Shown: piece after piece, positions 48,042 through 56,447 of the stretch | Layout: the number at the start of each line of letters is the position of its first letter | How positions within the stretch are numbered: position 1 is the stretch's first letter | DNA from: an uncultured Muribaculaceae bacterium | GTDB taxonomy: Bacteria > Bacteroidota > Bacteroidia > Bacteroidales > Muribaculaceae | NCBI GenBank assembly: GCA_944321875.1 | Contig: CALUMX010000013.1 | Coordinates: 2,816-66,815 of the forward strand | Length of the DNA stretch: 64,000 nucleotides | Reading direction: 5' to 3' | Notes under the pieces: generated by a model | Seen by the model: only the letters and a program-made list of their open reading frames with translations | The model's database searches: none | Told to the model about the DNA's origin: nothing | Position numbers and translations under genes: made by a program

Positions 48042-49223
48042 ATGAAAATAAAAACTTTTATTCCGGCAGTCTTCGTTGCCGGAGCAATGTTGTGCAGTTA
48101 TGCGTCTGTGCCGAAGGTGCCGGCCGGAGAATACCTGATTGAAGGAGAGTTGAGAAATGTGCCGGACAGTGTGGTAATTGACTTGTTGCAGGAGGTCGAG
48201 GGCGGACGGACGCTTCGTGTTGTTGCCAAGGACACTGTCGTGCAAGGCCGGTTCGCCTTTCGTGACACCATCAGCGGGACCGGTCCGAAGAAATTGCTTT
48301 TATTCTCTTTCAGCAAGGGTTTCCCGGGAACAAGGGCGGATGTCTGGGTACAGTCTGGAAAGTATGTGAAAATAACGGGTGACGACTGCCTGCTGCCTTT
48401 GTGGAAAGTCAGCAGTGAGGTAGCCGAGCAGCAGTTCTCCAATGATTTCCTGGCCTTGTGTCCCTCGGAGAGACGGCAGTCTTTGGAATGGATGGCGCAG
48501 GAGTATGACTTGATGCGGGGTAAGAAAATGCAGGAAGTCAACTGGGAAAAGGTGAACTCCTTGCGTGCTATGTATGAGCCGCTGGACAGCCTCATTTATG
48601 TGGCAGAGATGAATTATATGAAGACGGCTCCGGTCTCGGCAGTGTGGATGGATAAGTATAAATTGTATGCCTCGTTTTTGCAGTGGAATCGGAAATTCGG
48701 ACATGAGGACCTGATTCGGTCGCTCTATGCGCGCATGTCGGAGGCTGATAAGGCCACTGCGGCAGGCCGGGAAATCACCGCTTACATGAATCTTCCCAAA
48801 TCGGTGAAGGTCGGCGATGAGATGGTCGACGGCGATTTGTATGATTTGGAGGGAAACGTGCGTCATTTGTCCGAATTTAAGGGAAAATATATCTTGTTGG
48901 ATTTCTGGAGCATGGGCTGCGGTCCTTGTGTGGCATCGTTGCCTGAAATGGAGGAAATAGCCCAATTGTATAAGGATAAGATGGAGGTCGTAAGCATCAG
49001 TCAGGACTCCAAGGAGCAATGGAAATCGTTTGTTGCCAAGAAAAATATGAAAGGTAACCAATGGAACGAGCTGCGCCAGGGTAACACAGGCTTGGCTGCT
49101 GCTTATCAGGTTATCGGTATTCCTCATTATGTGATGATTGCGCCGGATGGCAGGGTGTTGCAGGTGTGGAATGGCTATGGCAAAGGTTCGCTGAAGAAAA
49201 AGATGGAAGAATTGATTAAGTAA
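48042..49223 (+). CDS. TlpA-family thiol:disulfide oxidoreductase (DUF4369-type N-terminal domain)
   Basis: Signal peptide and a thioredoxin motif LLDFWSMGCGPCV. Confidence 0.8.
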   Translation: MKIKTFIPAVFVAGAMLCSYASVPKVPAGEYLIEGELRNVPDSVVIDLLQEVEGGRTLRVVAKDTVVQGRFAFRDTISGTGPKKLLLFSFSKGFPGTRADVWVQSGKYVKITGDDCLLPLWKVSSEVAEQQFSNDFLALCPSERRQSLEWMAQEYDLMRGKKMQEVNWEKVNSLRAMYEPLDSLIYVAEMNYMKTAPVSAVWMDKYKLYASFLQWNRKFGHEDLIRSLYARMSEADKATAAGREITAYMNLPKSVKVGDEMVDGDLYDLEGNVRHLSEFKGKYILLDFWSMGCGPCVASLPEMEEIAQLYKDKMEVVSISQDSKEQWKSFVAKKNMKGNQWNELRQGNTGLAAAYQVIGIPHYVMIAPDGRVLQVWNGYGKGSLKKKMEELIK

Positions 49224-49257
49224 GAGGAAGGCCAGTGCTTTCCCTTTCTCCTCATTA

Positions 49258-49313
49258 TCCCTCTCCAAAGAATTAATTATTGTAAGATTCTTGGGGAGGG
49301 GTAAATTTTTTTT
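49258..49313 (+). terminator. Probable terminator after the TlpA-family gene
   Basis: Stem ccctctccaa(a)gaat / attcttggggaggg (14 bp with one bulge), then gtaaa and T9. Confidence 0.5.
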
Positions 49314-49446
49314 TGCTATTTTTCAATTGATAAAGATGCAGGGTTTATATAAATCGTGCGTTTTATTAACAAAAAAACAGGAGTGTAAACCACATTATTG
49401 GAATCTTTAAGAAAATCTTTATTCATAAACTTAAAAATTTAATAGT

Positions 49447-49932
49447 ATGAAAAAATTAGCACTTGTGGTCTGTATGCTGATTGCTTCCGCAGTCGCTCTT
49501 TATGCGGAAGAAGGGAATGAGTCAAGACGTTTTGAGGTGTCGGGAACGGCTTATGCCCCGATTGGAGAGTCTTCCGAATTTCTTGGTGAAGTGACTTTTG
49601 CCAGCGACCTTTCCGACCTTGTCGGTCTGTCGGTCGACGGTTTGGTATCGCATCTGAGCGATGACGACCCGACATGGGGAGCTTCTCTCAACGTTTATGT
49701 TGAGCCGAAGGTGGCCGACCGGTTCTATATCATTCCTTCGATGGGTCTGGGTGTGTACGGTGGTGACTGGTGGACCTACAACGACGCTGTTCGATTCGGT
49801 GGAAACATGGCGGTCGCCCTGCGCTATGAGGTGAACGAATCCCTGTTCTGCGGTCTGAAGGTGAAAGCCATTTTCTGCAAGCACGATATGAACGCGATGC
49901 TGGTGGGTGTGAACATCGGTATGCATTTCTAA
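49447..49932 (+). CDS. Small outer-membrane beta-barrel protein (OmpW/porin-like, 161 aa)
   Basis: Signal peptide, alternating hydrophobic beta pattern, and a C-terminal Phe (IGMHF). Confidence 0.5.
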   Translation: MKKLALVVCMLIASAVALYAEEGNESRRFEVSGTAYAPIGESSEFLGEVTFASDLSDLVGLSVDGLVSHLSDDDPTWGASLNVYVEPKVADRFYIIPSMGLGVYGGDWWTYNDAVRFGGNMAVALRYEVNESLFCGLKVKAIFCKHDMNAMLVGVNIGMHF

Positions 49933-49951
49933 GAAACAGCTTCTAAATACA

Positions 49952-49988
49952 GAAGGCGGGCACTGAATCAAAATCAGTGCCCGCCTTT
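49952..49988. terminator. Bidirectional terminator between the beta-barrel gene and ispF
   Basis: Stem gaaggcgggcactga / tcagtgcccgccttt (15 bp) with the 7-nt loop atcaaaa. Confidence 0.8.
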
Positions 49989-50009
49989 CGTATATGCTGG
50001 ATAATTTCC

Positions 50010-50495
50010 TTATTTTTTTGCGATAAGTACGGTAGCGTAGGCTGAGATACCCTCCTTGCGGCCGGTAAATCCGAGTTTCTCGGTTGTCGTGGCCTTGATG
50101 GAGATGTCGTCGGTGTCGCATCCGATACAGTCGGCCAAAGCTGCCTGCATGGCCGGTACGTGTGGATTGAGTTTCGGAGCCTCCGCACAGATGGTGATGT
50201 CGGCATTTCCGAAGACGTAGCCTTTTTCGTCAAGCAGGCGGGCCACCTCACGGAGCAGCTTCTTGCTGTCGATGCCCTTATAGCGCGGGTCGCTGTCGGG
50301 GAAATGGAAGCCGATGTCGCGCAGGGCGGCAGCTCCCAGCATTGCGTCGCAGAGGGCGTGGATGGCCACGTCGGCGTCGCTGTGTCCGAGCAGTCCCTTT
50401 TCGTAGTCAATTTTCACACCGCCGAGCCAAAGCTCACGGTCATCGGCAAACTTATGCACGTCGTAGCCGAATCCAACTCTTATGTTAAGTCCCAT
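50010..50495 (-). CDS. ispF: 2-C-methyl-D-erythritol 2,4-cyclodiphosphate synthase
   Basis: GFGYDVHKF ... GHSDADVAIHALCDAMLGAAALRDIG.HFPDSDPRYKGIDS. Confidence 0.95.
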   Translation of the reverse strand: MGLNIRVGFGYDVHKFADDRELWLGGVKIDYEKGLLGHSDADVAIHALCDAMLGAAALRDIGFHFPDSDPRYKGIDSKKLLREVARLLDEKGYVFGNADITICAEAPKLNPHVPAMQAALADCIGCDTDDISIKATTTEKLGFTGRKEGISAYATVLIAKK

Positions 50496-50519
50496 ATTCT
50501 AAATCGTTGGTTGTGGTTA

Positions 50520-51722
50520 TTAACGGCGGCCCATCAGGTATTTCAGACCGTCCATGTCGAACGTCAGCGAGAAGCGGAGCGTCTGGTCGAGCGGGCTGTT
50601 TTGTGCCGTGGCAATCATGTAGGAGGCGTCGAGTTGGATGACGTTGAGCGAGAAGCCCGCACCGAAAGCGAAGTATTGGCGGTTACCCTTGTTGGCATTC
50701 TCGTAGTAGTAACCCGTACGCACGAAGAACTGGTGGTTGTAGCTGTACTCAGCGCCGACTGAGAAGTTGATTTCCTGCAATTCCTCCTTGAAGCCGCCCG
50801 GAGCGTCGCTGAACGACTTGAAGATGCCGGAGATGGACGACGTGTTGCGCCAGTCCTCCAACTTTGCCTCATAGCCCTCGCTGTCGAAGTTGCCTTCATC
50901 GTCGGTGAAGTCGATTTCACGCGGGCGCACCGGCACGAGCAGTTTGTTCATGTCGACGGAGAGCGCCAGGTTGTTGTATTGGGCAAGCGGGAACGTGAAA
51001 GTCGTACCGAGACGCAGGTTGGTCGGCAGGAAAGCCGGGTCGTTACCGTTGTTGTACGATACCTTTGAACCGATGTTCGAGATGTTGAAACCCCATGACC
51101 ATTGGCACTCGTTACGGCCGATGATGGGGTAGGTGGTAAGGTAGCCGGAAATGTCGGCGGCAAATGCTGAGGCTCCCTTTTGCTGTTCGGCGGAGTAGCT
51201 GTCGCCGAAAGCGAGGTCGGAGTAGATATAGCGCAACGCTACACCCATGGAGAAGCTCTCCGAGAGTTTGCGGGAGTAGCCGAGGTCAAACGCCATTTCG
51301 TAAGGGTTGACGGAGTTGAGCGCGTTACCTTCCAGGTCGGTCATCGAGATTTCACCCAGCGAGAAGTAGCGGAGCGAACCACTGATGGCCTGGTTGTCGC
51401 CGTCGCCGATTTTCCAATAGCCGGACAGGTTGGCGAGGAAGATGTCGTTGACAAGTTTACGCAACCACGGCGTGTAGGAGAGGCTGGCCGCCGCCGAGCT
51501 GTAGGCGAAGGCATATTTGGACGGGTTCCAGTATTGGGAGTAGGCGTCAGGCTCGGTAGCCGCACCCAGGTCACCCATTGACGCACCACGCGCGTCAGGA
51601 GCGATGCCCAGTGACGTTACACCCGTCTGAATCGGGTTGAATTCGCTTTTTCCTTCGGCCTTGACAGCAGGCATTGCCGTCAGAGCCAGCAATAATGCTA
51701 TGACTATTCGGTTTATTCTCAT
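50520..51722 (-). CDS. porV: T9SS outer-membrane shuttle/channel protein PorV (LptO)
   Basis: Signal peptide and a FadL-like 400-aa barrel. The N-terminal motif GIAPDARGASMGDLGAA..PDAYSQYWNPSKYAF is present, and the gene lies immediately downstream of a porU-like gene, as in the P. gingivalis porU-porV arrangement. Confidence 0.75.
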   Translation of the reverse strand: MRINRIVIALLLALTAMPAVKAEGKSEFNPIQTGVTSLGIAPDARGASMGDLGAATEPDAYSQYWNPSKYAFAYSSAAASLSYTPWLRKLVNDIFLANLSGYWKIGDGDNQAISGSLRYFSLGEISMTDLEGNALNSVNPYEMAFDLGYSRKLSESFSMGVALRYIYSDLAFGDSYSAEQQKGASAFAADISGYLTTYPIIGRNECQWSWGFNISNIGSKVSYNNGNDPAFLPTNLRLGTTFTFPLAQYNNLALSVDMNKLLVPVRPREIDFTDDEGNFDSEGYEAKLEDWRNTSSISGIFKSFSDAPGGFKEELQEINFSVGAEYSYNHQFFVRTGYYYENANKGNRQYFAFGAGFSLNVIQLDASYMIATAQNSPLDQTLRFSLTFDMDGLKYLMGRR

Positions 51723-51779
51723 TTTTTCGTTTCGATACTGTGTTTGTAATCTACCAATAATAACACGAAAACGGGCTTT

Positions 51780-54700
51780 TTATTGTCTGACAACCACGAT
51801 TTTTTTCATCGGAGTGGCCAGCCCGTCGGTCGTAGCCGAGAGGTTGTAGACGCCTTCCGGCAGACGGATGCCGGTGTTGTCGCAGCCGTCCCAGGTGTAG
51901 GGCAGCGTTGATGTGGTGGTCCGGAAGCGGACGTTGCCCTGCATGTCGCTGACGGTGATTTCCGTTTCCTCGCCTGCATGCTCCACGTCGATGGCGATTT
52001 CCTCGTTAACTGCCTGACTGTCGGTTACGATTTCCGGCTGCTCTCCGCTGCTCACAATGAACGAGAGCGTGCGGGAAGTGCGGTTGCCGGAATAGTCGGT
52101 GGCCGTTAGTTCTCCCACATGGCGTCCGGGATTCAGGTTGTTGACGGGGATTTCCAGCTTTGTCACACCGTTTTCCGTGCTGAATGCGGTTGCGCTGTGA
52201 ACGCTTTTGCCGCCGTCGATGGAGAAGACGGTGCCGGAGAAAATGTTTTCCTTCGAAGTGTTGAGGCCGAAATTGTCGTAAACCTCGGCGCAGACCGTGA
52301 TGTCTCGGCCGACGGTCGCCGTTGCCGCGCTTTCCGCATCACGGATGTAGAGCGTGCGGATGACGGGAGATTCCGTGTCGGTTGCCGCCGGTTGTGCTTC
52401 CGGGTCCAGGTAGAGCTTGTCGAATACCGTCGATGCTGAATGGTGTTCGCCGTCGTAGGCCGCAATGCGCAGTTTCAGCGCTCCGCCGGCTGCGTAGGCA
52501 GGTACTGCAATTTCTCCTTTGAATTGGCCGTTCTCTACCGTAATGTCGGCATAGCAGAGCTCCGCGCCGCGGCTCATGGCTGTGTAGTTGCTGTTGCTGT
52601 AGGTATAGTCTAGCAGTTCCTGGTCAGGGGCGTAGAGAGTGGCGGTGGCTGTGCCGTTGAAATCCGTGTTTACCGAGCCGTCAGCGTTGGTTACCGTACC
52701 TTCCAGGCTGATGCGTTCCAACGGACGTATGCTGATGCTGTTCCCGTCGATGGCTGCGTCGTTGACGGCGGTGAGGCTGACACGGTGGGACGCCATCGGG
52801 ATTTTCATGGACGGGTCGCCGATAACGTGGTATTTCAAACGGTTCTTGCTCAGGTCACCACAGGTGTTTTTAGCCTCTTTCAGAATGATTCCGAGCGTTT
52901 TGCCGTGGGAAAATTCGCTCTCGTCCTTGCCCAGCATTTTGGCGATGGCATTCGAGAGGTATCCGTTCTGGTTGGTGAACGCCTGACGTGTCGCAGCGAT
53001 GGAGGCTACGATGCCGCCGTCGGGGTTGAGCATCATTCCGTCGAGTACGGTCGAGAACCCGATGTCGAAGCGTCCGACGTCGCACGACGAGAAGTACATG
53101 ATGGGCGGAATGGTGAAACGGGTGCCTTTCGCCTTTTCAATCGTCATGATGGCGGTCGTCATCGAAACGGAGTAGGGGTTGCCGTGTCCGACGAAGAGGC
53201 CGAACGCGATGCCGTCCGACAGCCGTTCCTTGAATTTCAGCCATGCGTTTTCCGGCGATGTGTAGCTGGCGAAATATATTTTCGTGAAATTGGGGCAGTA
53301 GTTGCCATCGTTCAGCAAGTTCTGTTCGAACGTTTCGTTCTGGTACAGGTGAATGTTGTTGTCGCCGGCATCGCCGATGAGCAGCATTTCGTTGTGCCAT
53401 TTGCCGGCGGCCTGACGCTCGTAGGCAAACAGCTTGTCAAGATAGAGGTTGACATCCTTCTTGGTGAAGAACGGGATGCGTCCCACGGCAATGTCCAGCT
53501 CCGCATACTCCAGTTTGGATTCCGTCGACGTCAGTACGCCGAAGAAATCGTCGCTTGAGTAGGAGTTGGTCGTATGGTGGGAGTCCTCCGACTGATAGGT
53601 CAGAAGCTGGTCATTTTTATGGTCGGGGTTGAAAATCTGACGGTTGTCGTAGGTTCCGCCGCCCATGAGCAGGAGGTACTGCATCTTTTCCGGGTTGCGG
53701 GAGTGCAGCATCTGCGCGAAACGGCGATAGGCCATTGCGTCCTGTCCGCCGGAGGAGAATTCGTTGAAAATCTTCTCCTGCGCAACAATCAGCACGTCCA
53801 GCCCGTCGTTCTCACGGCGGTAATCGGCCAGACGCTTGGCTTCATCGGCGAGTGTGGCGGTCGTGATGATGAGCATGTCGGGCGTTGCCAGTCCGTGCAA
53901 ATTCTGATTGCTTACCTTTTCTACAAATTCCGGGACATACTGTTGCCGTGAGCTGTCGAAGAAGATGAATTTCAGCCACTCGCCGCTCTCCTGCGGTACG
54001 ATGACGCGGTGGGATGCGAGAACGTACTCCTGAGGCTGGAGGTTCAGGCTGCCGTTGTCGACCAGCCATGCGTGCGTTGTGGCTGTGGTACTTTCCATTT
54101 CGATTCCCTCATTCTGCTTGAGGAAGAAGAAGCGGCGTGCCTGGGCGTAGCCGTCAGGTATGACGTTGCGAGCCTGATAGCCCACGGTGACGTAGTCGAT
54201 GCGTGCCGTGTGGAAATTGCCCGGCTCGTAGGAGAGACGGATGTCGGCCGCGCTGCCGTTGTAGGCGATGTCGGCTGCATTGACGGTGGCACCCACGCTG
54301 AACGGCTCATAGATGTAGGAGCTGTAGCTGATGTTGGCGCGCTTCGTGTTGGTGTTGCGCAGATAGGTCATCTCCTTGCCGTTGACGGTAAATTTGGCAG
54401 TAGCGAGAGTTGCTGTCTTGATGCCGATGTTGGAGTAGATGCTCACTTTTCCCGTACCGGCAAAGGCGGGGAATTGGACAGTATATTGCTTCTTTCCGTC
54501 GACGGCGATGTTGTCGCCCAGGAAAATCTGGCCGGAGTAGCTCGGGTTGGTCACTTCGTTTTCGAAAATCAGATAGTCCGTTCCGTCAGTGTACCGCTTG
54601 CTGAGGCCCGCAATGTCGCCGTTGCCGGTACTGACGGAAGTGACGTTGAGAGCCGGAATGTCCGACCGGTCGGTCAGAAAGTAATAACCGTAGCTTGAAT

Positions 54701-55088
54701 AGGGATTGTTTGTCGGCTGGCAATAGCGGGTCGCGTCGGTGTCGTTGATGAGCATTTTGAGGCTGGTGGTTCCCTTTGCGTAAAAATAGGTTTTCCCGTT
54801 CTCACGCAGCGTAGCCACTTGCGGAAGGTCGTCAATGCCCTGACGGTCAATGTGCTCATCCTGACGGTAGCCGCCGTAGCCGAACACCTTGACTTCCGCA
54901 GGATTGCTGAAGCCGAATTCCTTCAGTTGGGCGTCGGTGAGCTCGTAAATGCCGTCCTTGCTGACTTTTATTTTAATCCAGTTGCCCTCGGAGAGCATGG
55001 ATTTGTTGGCAAATTCAACCGCATGAGCCAAAAAACCTGCACAGAAGAATACGGTGCAGGTAAGAAGTCTGATATGTAATTTCGTCAT
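51780..55088 (-). CDS. porU: T9SS C-terminal signal peptidase/sortase PorU (C25 family)
   Basis: 1102 aa with a signal peptide. The gingipain-like His/Cys dyad context is LFVGHGNPYS and MYFSSCDVGRFD. The tail resembles a T9SS CTD (GVYNLSATTDGLATPMKKIVVVRQ). It is adjacent to porV. Confidence 0.8.
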   Translation of the reverse strand: MTKLHIRLLTCTVFFCAGFLAHAVEFANKSMLSEGNWIKIKVSKDGIYELTDAQLKEFGFSNPAEVKVFGYGGYRQDEHIDRQGIDDLPQVATLRENGKTYFYAKGTTSLKMLINDTDATRYCQPTNNPYSSYGYYFLTDRSDIPALNVTSVSTGNGDIAGLSKRYTDGTDYLIFENEVTNPSYSGQIFLGDNIAVDGKKQYTVQFPAFAGTGKVSIYSNIGIKTATLATAKFTVNGKEMTYLRNTNTKRANISYSSYIYEPFSVGATVNAADIAYNGSAADIRLSYEPGNFHTARIDYVTVGYQARNVIPDGYAQARRFFFLKQNEGIEMESTTATTHAWLVDNGSLNLQPQEYVLASHRVIVPQESGEWLKFIFFDSSRQQYVPEFVEKVSNQNLHGLATPDMLIITTATLADEAKRLADYRRENDGLDVLIVAQEKIFNEFSSGGQDAMAYRRFAQMLHSRNPEKMQYLLLMGGGTYDNRQIFNPDHKNDQLLTYQSEDSHHTTNSYSSDDFFGVLTSTESKLEYAELDIAVGRIPFFTKKDVNLYLDKLFAYERQAAGKWHNEMLLIGDAGDNNIHLYQNETFEQNLLNDGNYCPNFTKIYFASYTSPENAWLKFKERLSDGIAFGLFVGHGNPYSVSMTTAIMTIEKAKGTRFTIPPIMYFSSCDVGRFDIGFSTVLDGMMLNPDGGIVASIAATRQAFTNQNGYLSNAIAKMLGKDESEFSHGKTLGIILKEAKNTCGDLSKNRLKYHVIGDPSMKIPMASHRVSLTAVNDAAIDGNSISIRPLERISLEGTVTNADGSVNTDFNGTATATLYAPDQELLDYTYSNSNYTAMSRGAELCYADITVENGQFKGEIAVPAYAAGGALKLRIAAYDGEHHSASTVFDKLYLDPEAQPAATDTESPVIRTLYIRDAESAATATVGRDITVCAEVYDNFGLNTSKENIFSGTVFSIDGGKSVHSATAFSTENGVTKLEIPVNNLNPGRHVGELTATDYSGNRTSRTLSFIVSSGEQPEIVTDSQAVNEEIAIDVEHAGEETEITVSDMQGNVRFRTTTSTLPYTWDGCDNTGIRLPEGVYNLSATTDGLATPMKKIVVVRQ

Positions 55089-55657
55089 TTTACTCTTATG
55101 TTGACAGATTCTTTCCCGTTGATGCAGGCCAGGATACGACTGTTGATGGTCAATGAAATTTCGTGGGAATCCTCAATCAGGATGCAGTCGCCTATTTTCA
55201 GCGTGAAGAAACGGCTGAGGTAGGCGATGAGCCGGTCGATTTCCGCGGCTTCAGGAAGGGTAAAGGATGCGGCTTCGTTACCGTCGACGGTCGTTGTCGC
55301 ACGTCCTTCTCCCGGCATGACTTCCTCTTTCGGGAAGACGTTGCCCGTAATAACGGAGCCGTCAAATGCCGTAGCCAAGGCCCAGGGGGCACCTGTCTGG
55401 CGGAGACGGTCGAGCAATTCGGGTGCCTCGATGGAGAGGCAGAGGCCGATTTCGTCATAGTAGCGGTGGGCGAACCGCTCGCCGATGTTCTTGCCGAGGC
55501 GGTTGATTTGCACGGCTGTAGCCGTCTGGCAGATGAAACGGTCGGCAAAGTCAGGAACGAAGAATGGTTTCCCGCTTTTCTGCAGGGCTGAGTCCGGGAG
55601 GATGTCGACAGCCGGATGCTCAAAGCCTTCGATTGTTTTTATTCTGATTGTTTTCAC
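55085..55657 (-). CDS. Small FAH-fold-like protein of unknown function
   Basis: GKPFFVPDF ... RLGKNIGERFAHRYYDEIG resembles, from memory, short fumarylacetoacetate-hydrolase-family proteins of Bacteroidales. The start is GTG. It shares 4-nt overlaps with rex upstream and porU downstream. Confidence 0.4.
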   Translation of the reverse strand: MKTIRIKTIEGFEHPAVDILPDSALQKSGKPFFVPDFADRFICQTATAVQINRLGKNIGERFAHRYYDEIGLCLSIEAPELLDRLRQTGAPWALATAFDGSVITGNVFPKEEVMPGEGRATTTVDGNEAASFTLPEAAEIDRLIAYLSRFFTLKIGDCILIEDSHEISLTINSRILACINGKESVNIRVK

Positions 55658-56295
55658 TTGTTTCCGTTGATTCGGTTATACATAACTGCCAGATGGGCAT
55701 AGATGGAAGTGTTCTGCACGACGATGTTGTCGGCCACTTTGATGCGGAACGGCGTGAAGTTCCAGATTGCCTTGATGCCGCATTCGATAAGCAGGTCGGT
55801 TGACTGCTGAGCGTGCTCCACAGGGACGGCGAGGATGCCGATTCCGGCCTGGTATTTCTCGACCATTTCCTTGAGCGTGGAGATGTGATAGATGGGAACA
55901 CCGCAAATGTTCTTGCCCACAATGTTCTCGTCGACGTCGAACCCGGCCACGATGTGCAGGCCGTACTGAATCAGTCCGGAGTCCTGAATGAGCGCGGAGC
56001 CCAGGCTGCCCACTCCAATCATGAATGCGCTGTGGTCTTCGTGGAATCCTAGGAAATTGGAGAGTTCCGTCGACAGGTGTTCCACCTGGTAACCGATACG
56101 CGTCTTCCCTTTAATGTTGAGGAACGACAAGTCCTTGGCAATTTGTGAGGCATCGACGTTGATGGTGCGCGAGATTTGTGTGGAAGAGACGTACTCCACC
56201 TTCTGTGTACGCAGCATGTTTATGTATGCGAGATACCACGGCAGTCGGCGCAGTGTCGGCTCTGGCAATAATATTTTCTTTCCTTCGACACTCAT
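55654..56295 (-). CDS. rex: Redox-sensing transcriptional repressor Rex
   Basis: Winged-helix N-terminus (RLPWYLAYINML ... SSTQIS ... ASQIAKDLS) plus the Rossmann motif IGVGSLGSAL. Confidence 0.9.
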   Translation of the reverse strand: MSVEGKKILLPEPTLRRLPWYLAYINMLRTQKVEYVSSTQISRTINVDASQIAKDLSFLNIKGKTRIGYQVEHLSTELSNFLGFHEDHSAFMIGVGSLGSALIQDSGLIQYGLHIVAGFDVDENIVGKNICGVPIYHISTLKEMVEKYQAGIGILAVPVEHAQQSTDLLIECGIKAIWNFTPFRIKVADNIVVQNTSIYAHLAVMYNRINGNK

Positions 56296-56326
56296 AGCTT
56301 TATAGGGGTATGTTCCTTTTTGCCTG

Positions 56327-56334
56327 CAAAATTA
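56327..56334 (-). promoter_or_regulatory. -7 box (taattttg on the minus strand) for rex
   Basis: Plus-strand caaaatta is an exact TAnnTTTG match about 32 nt upstream of the rex ATG. Confidence 0.45.
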
Positions 56335-56403
56335 ATGATTATTGCCCTAAGTAGCAAATTCAGAGAGAAGAAAGCCTCGGGGAAGCCCGGGTTGCCGGAT
56401 GTG

Positions 56404-56438
56404 AAAGAGGCGGAAAACGTTCGGTTTTCCGCCTCTTT
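56404..56438. terminator. Terminator downstream of the second porU-like gene
   Basis: Perfect 15-bp stem aaagaggcggaaaac / gttttccgcctcttt with a 5-nt loop. Confidence 0.8.
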
Positions 56439-56447
56439 TCTGGTCGT

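Noticed and set aside
47163-49268. Minus-strand ORFs 47163-48023 (286 aa) and 48300-49268 (322 aa)
   Set aside because: They are antisense to the muramidase and TlpA-family genes, both of which have clear catalytic motifs. The antisense translations are H/R/L-rich with no motifs.
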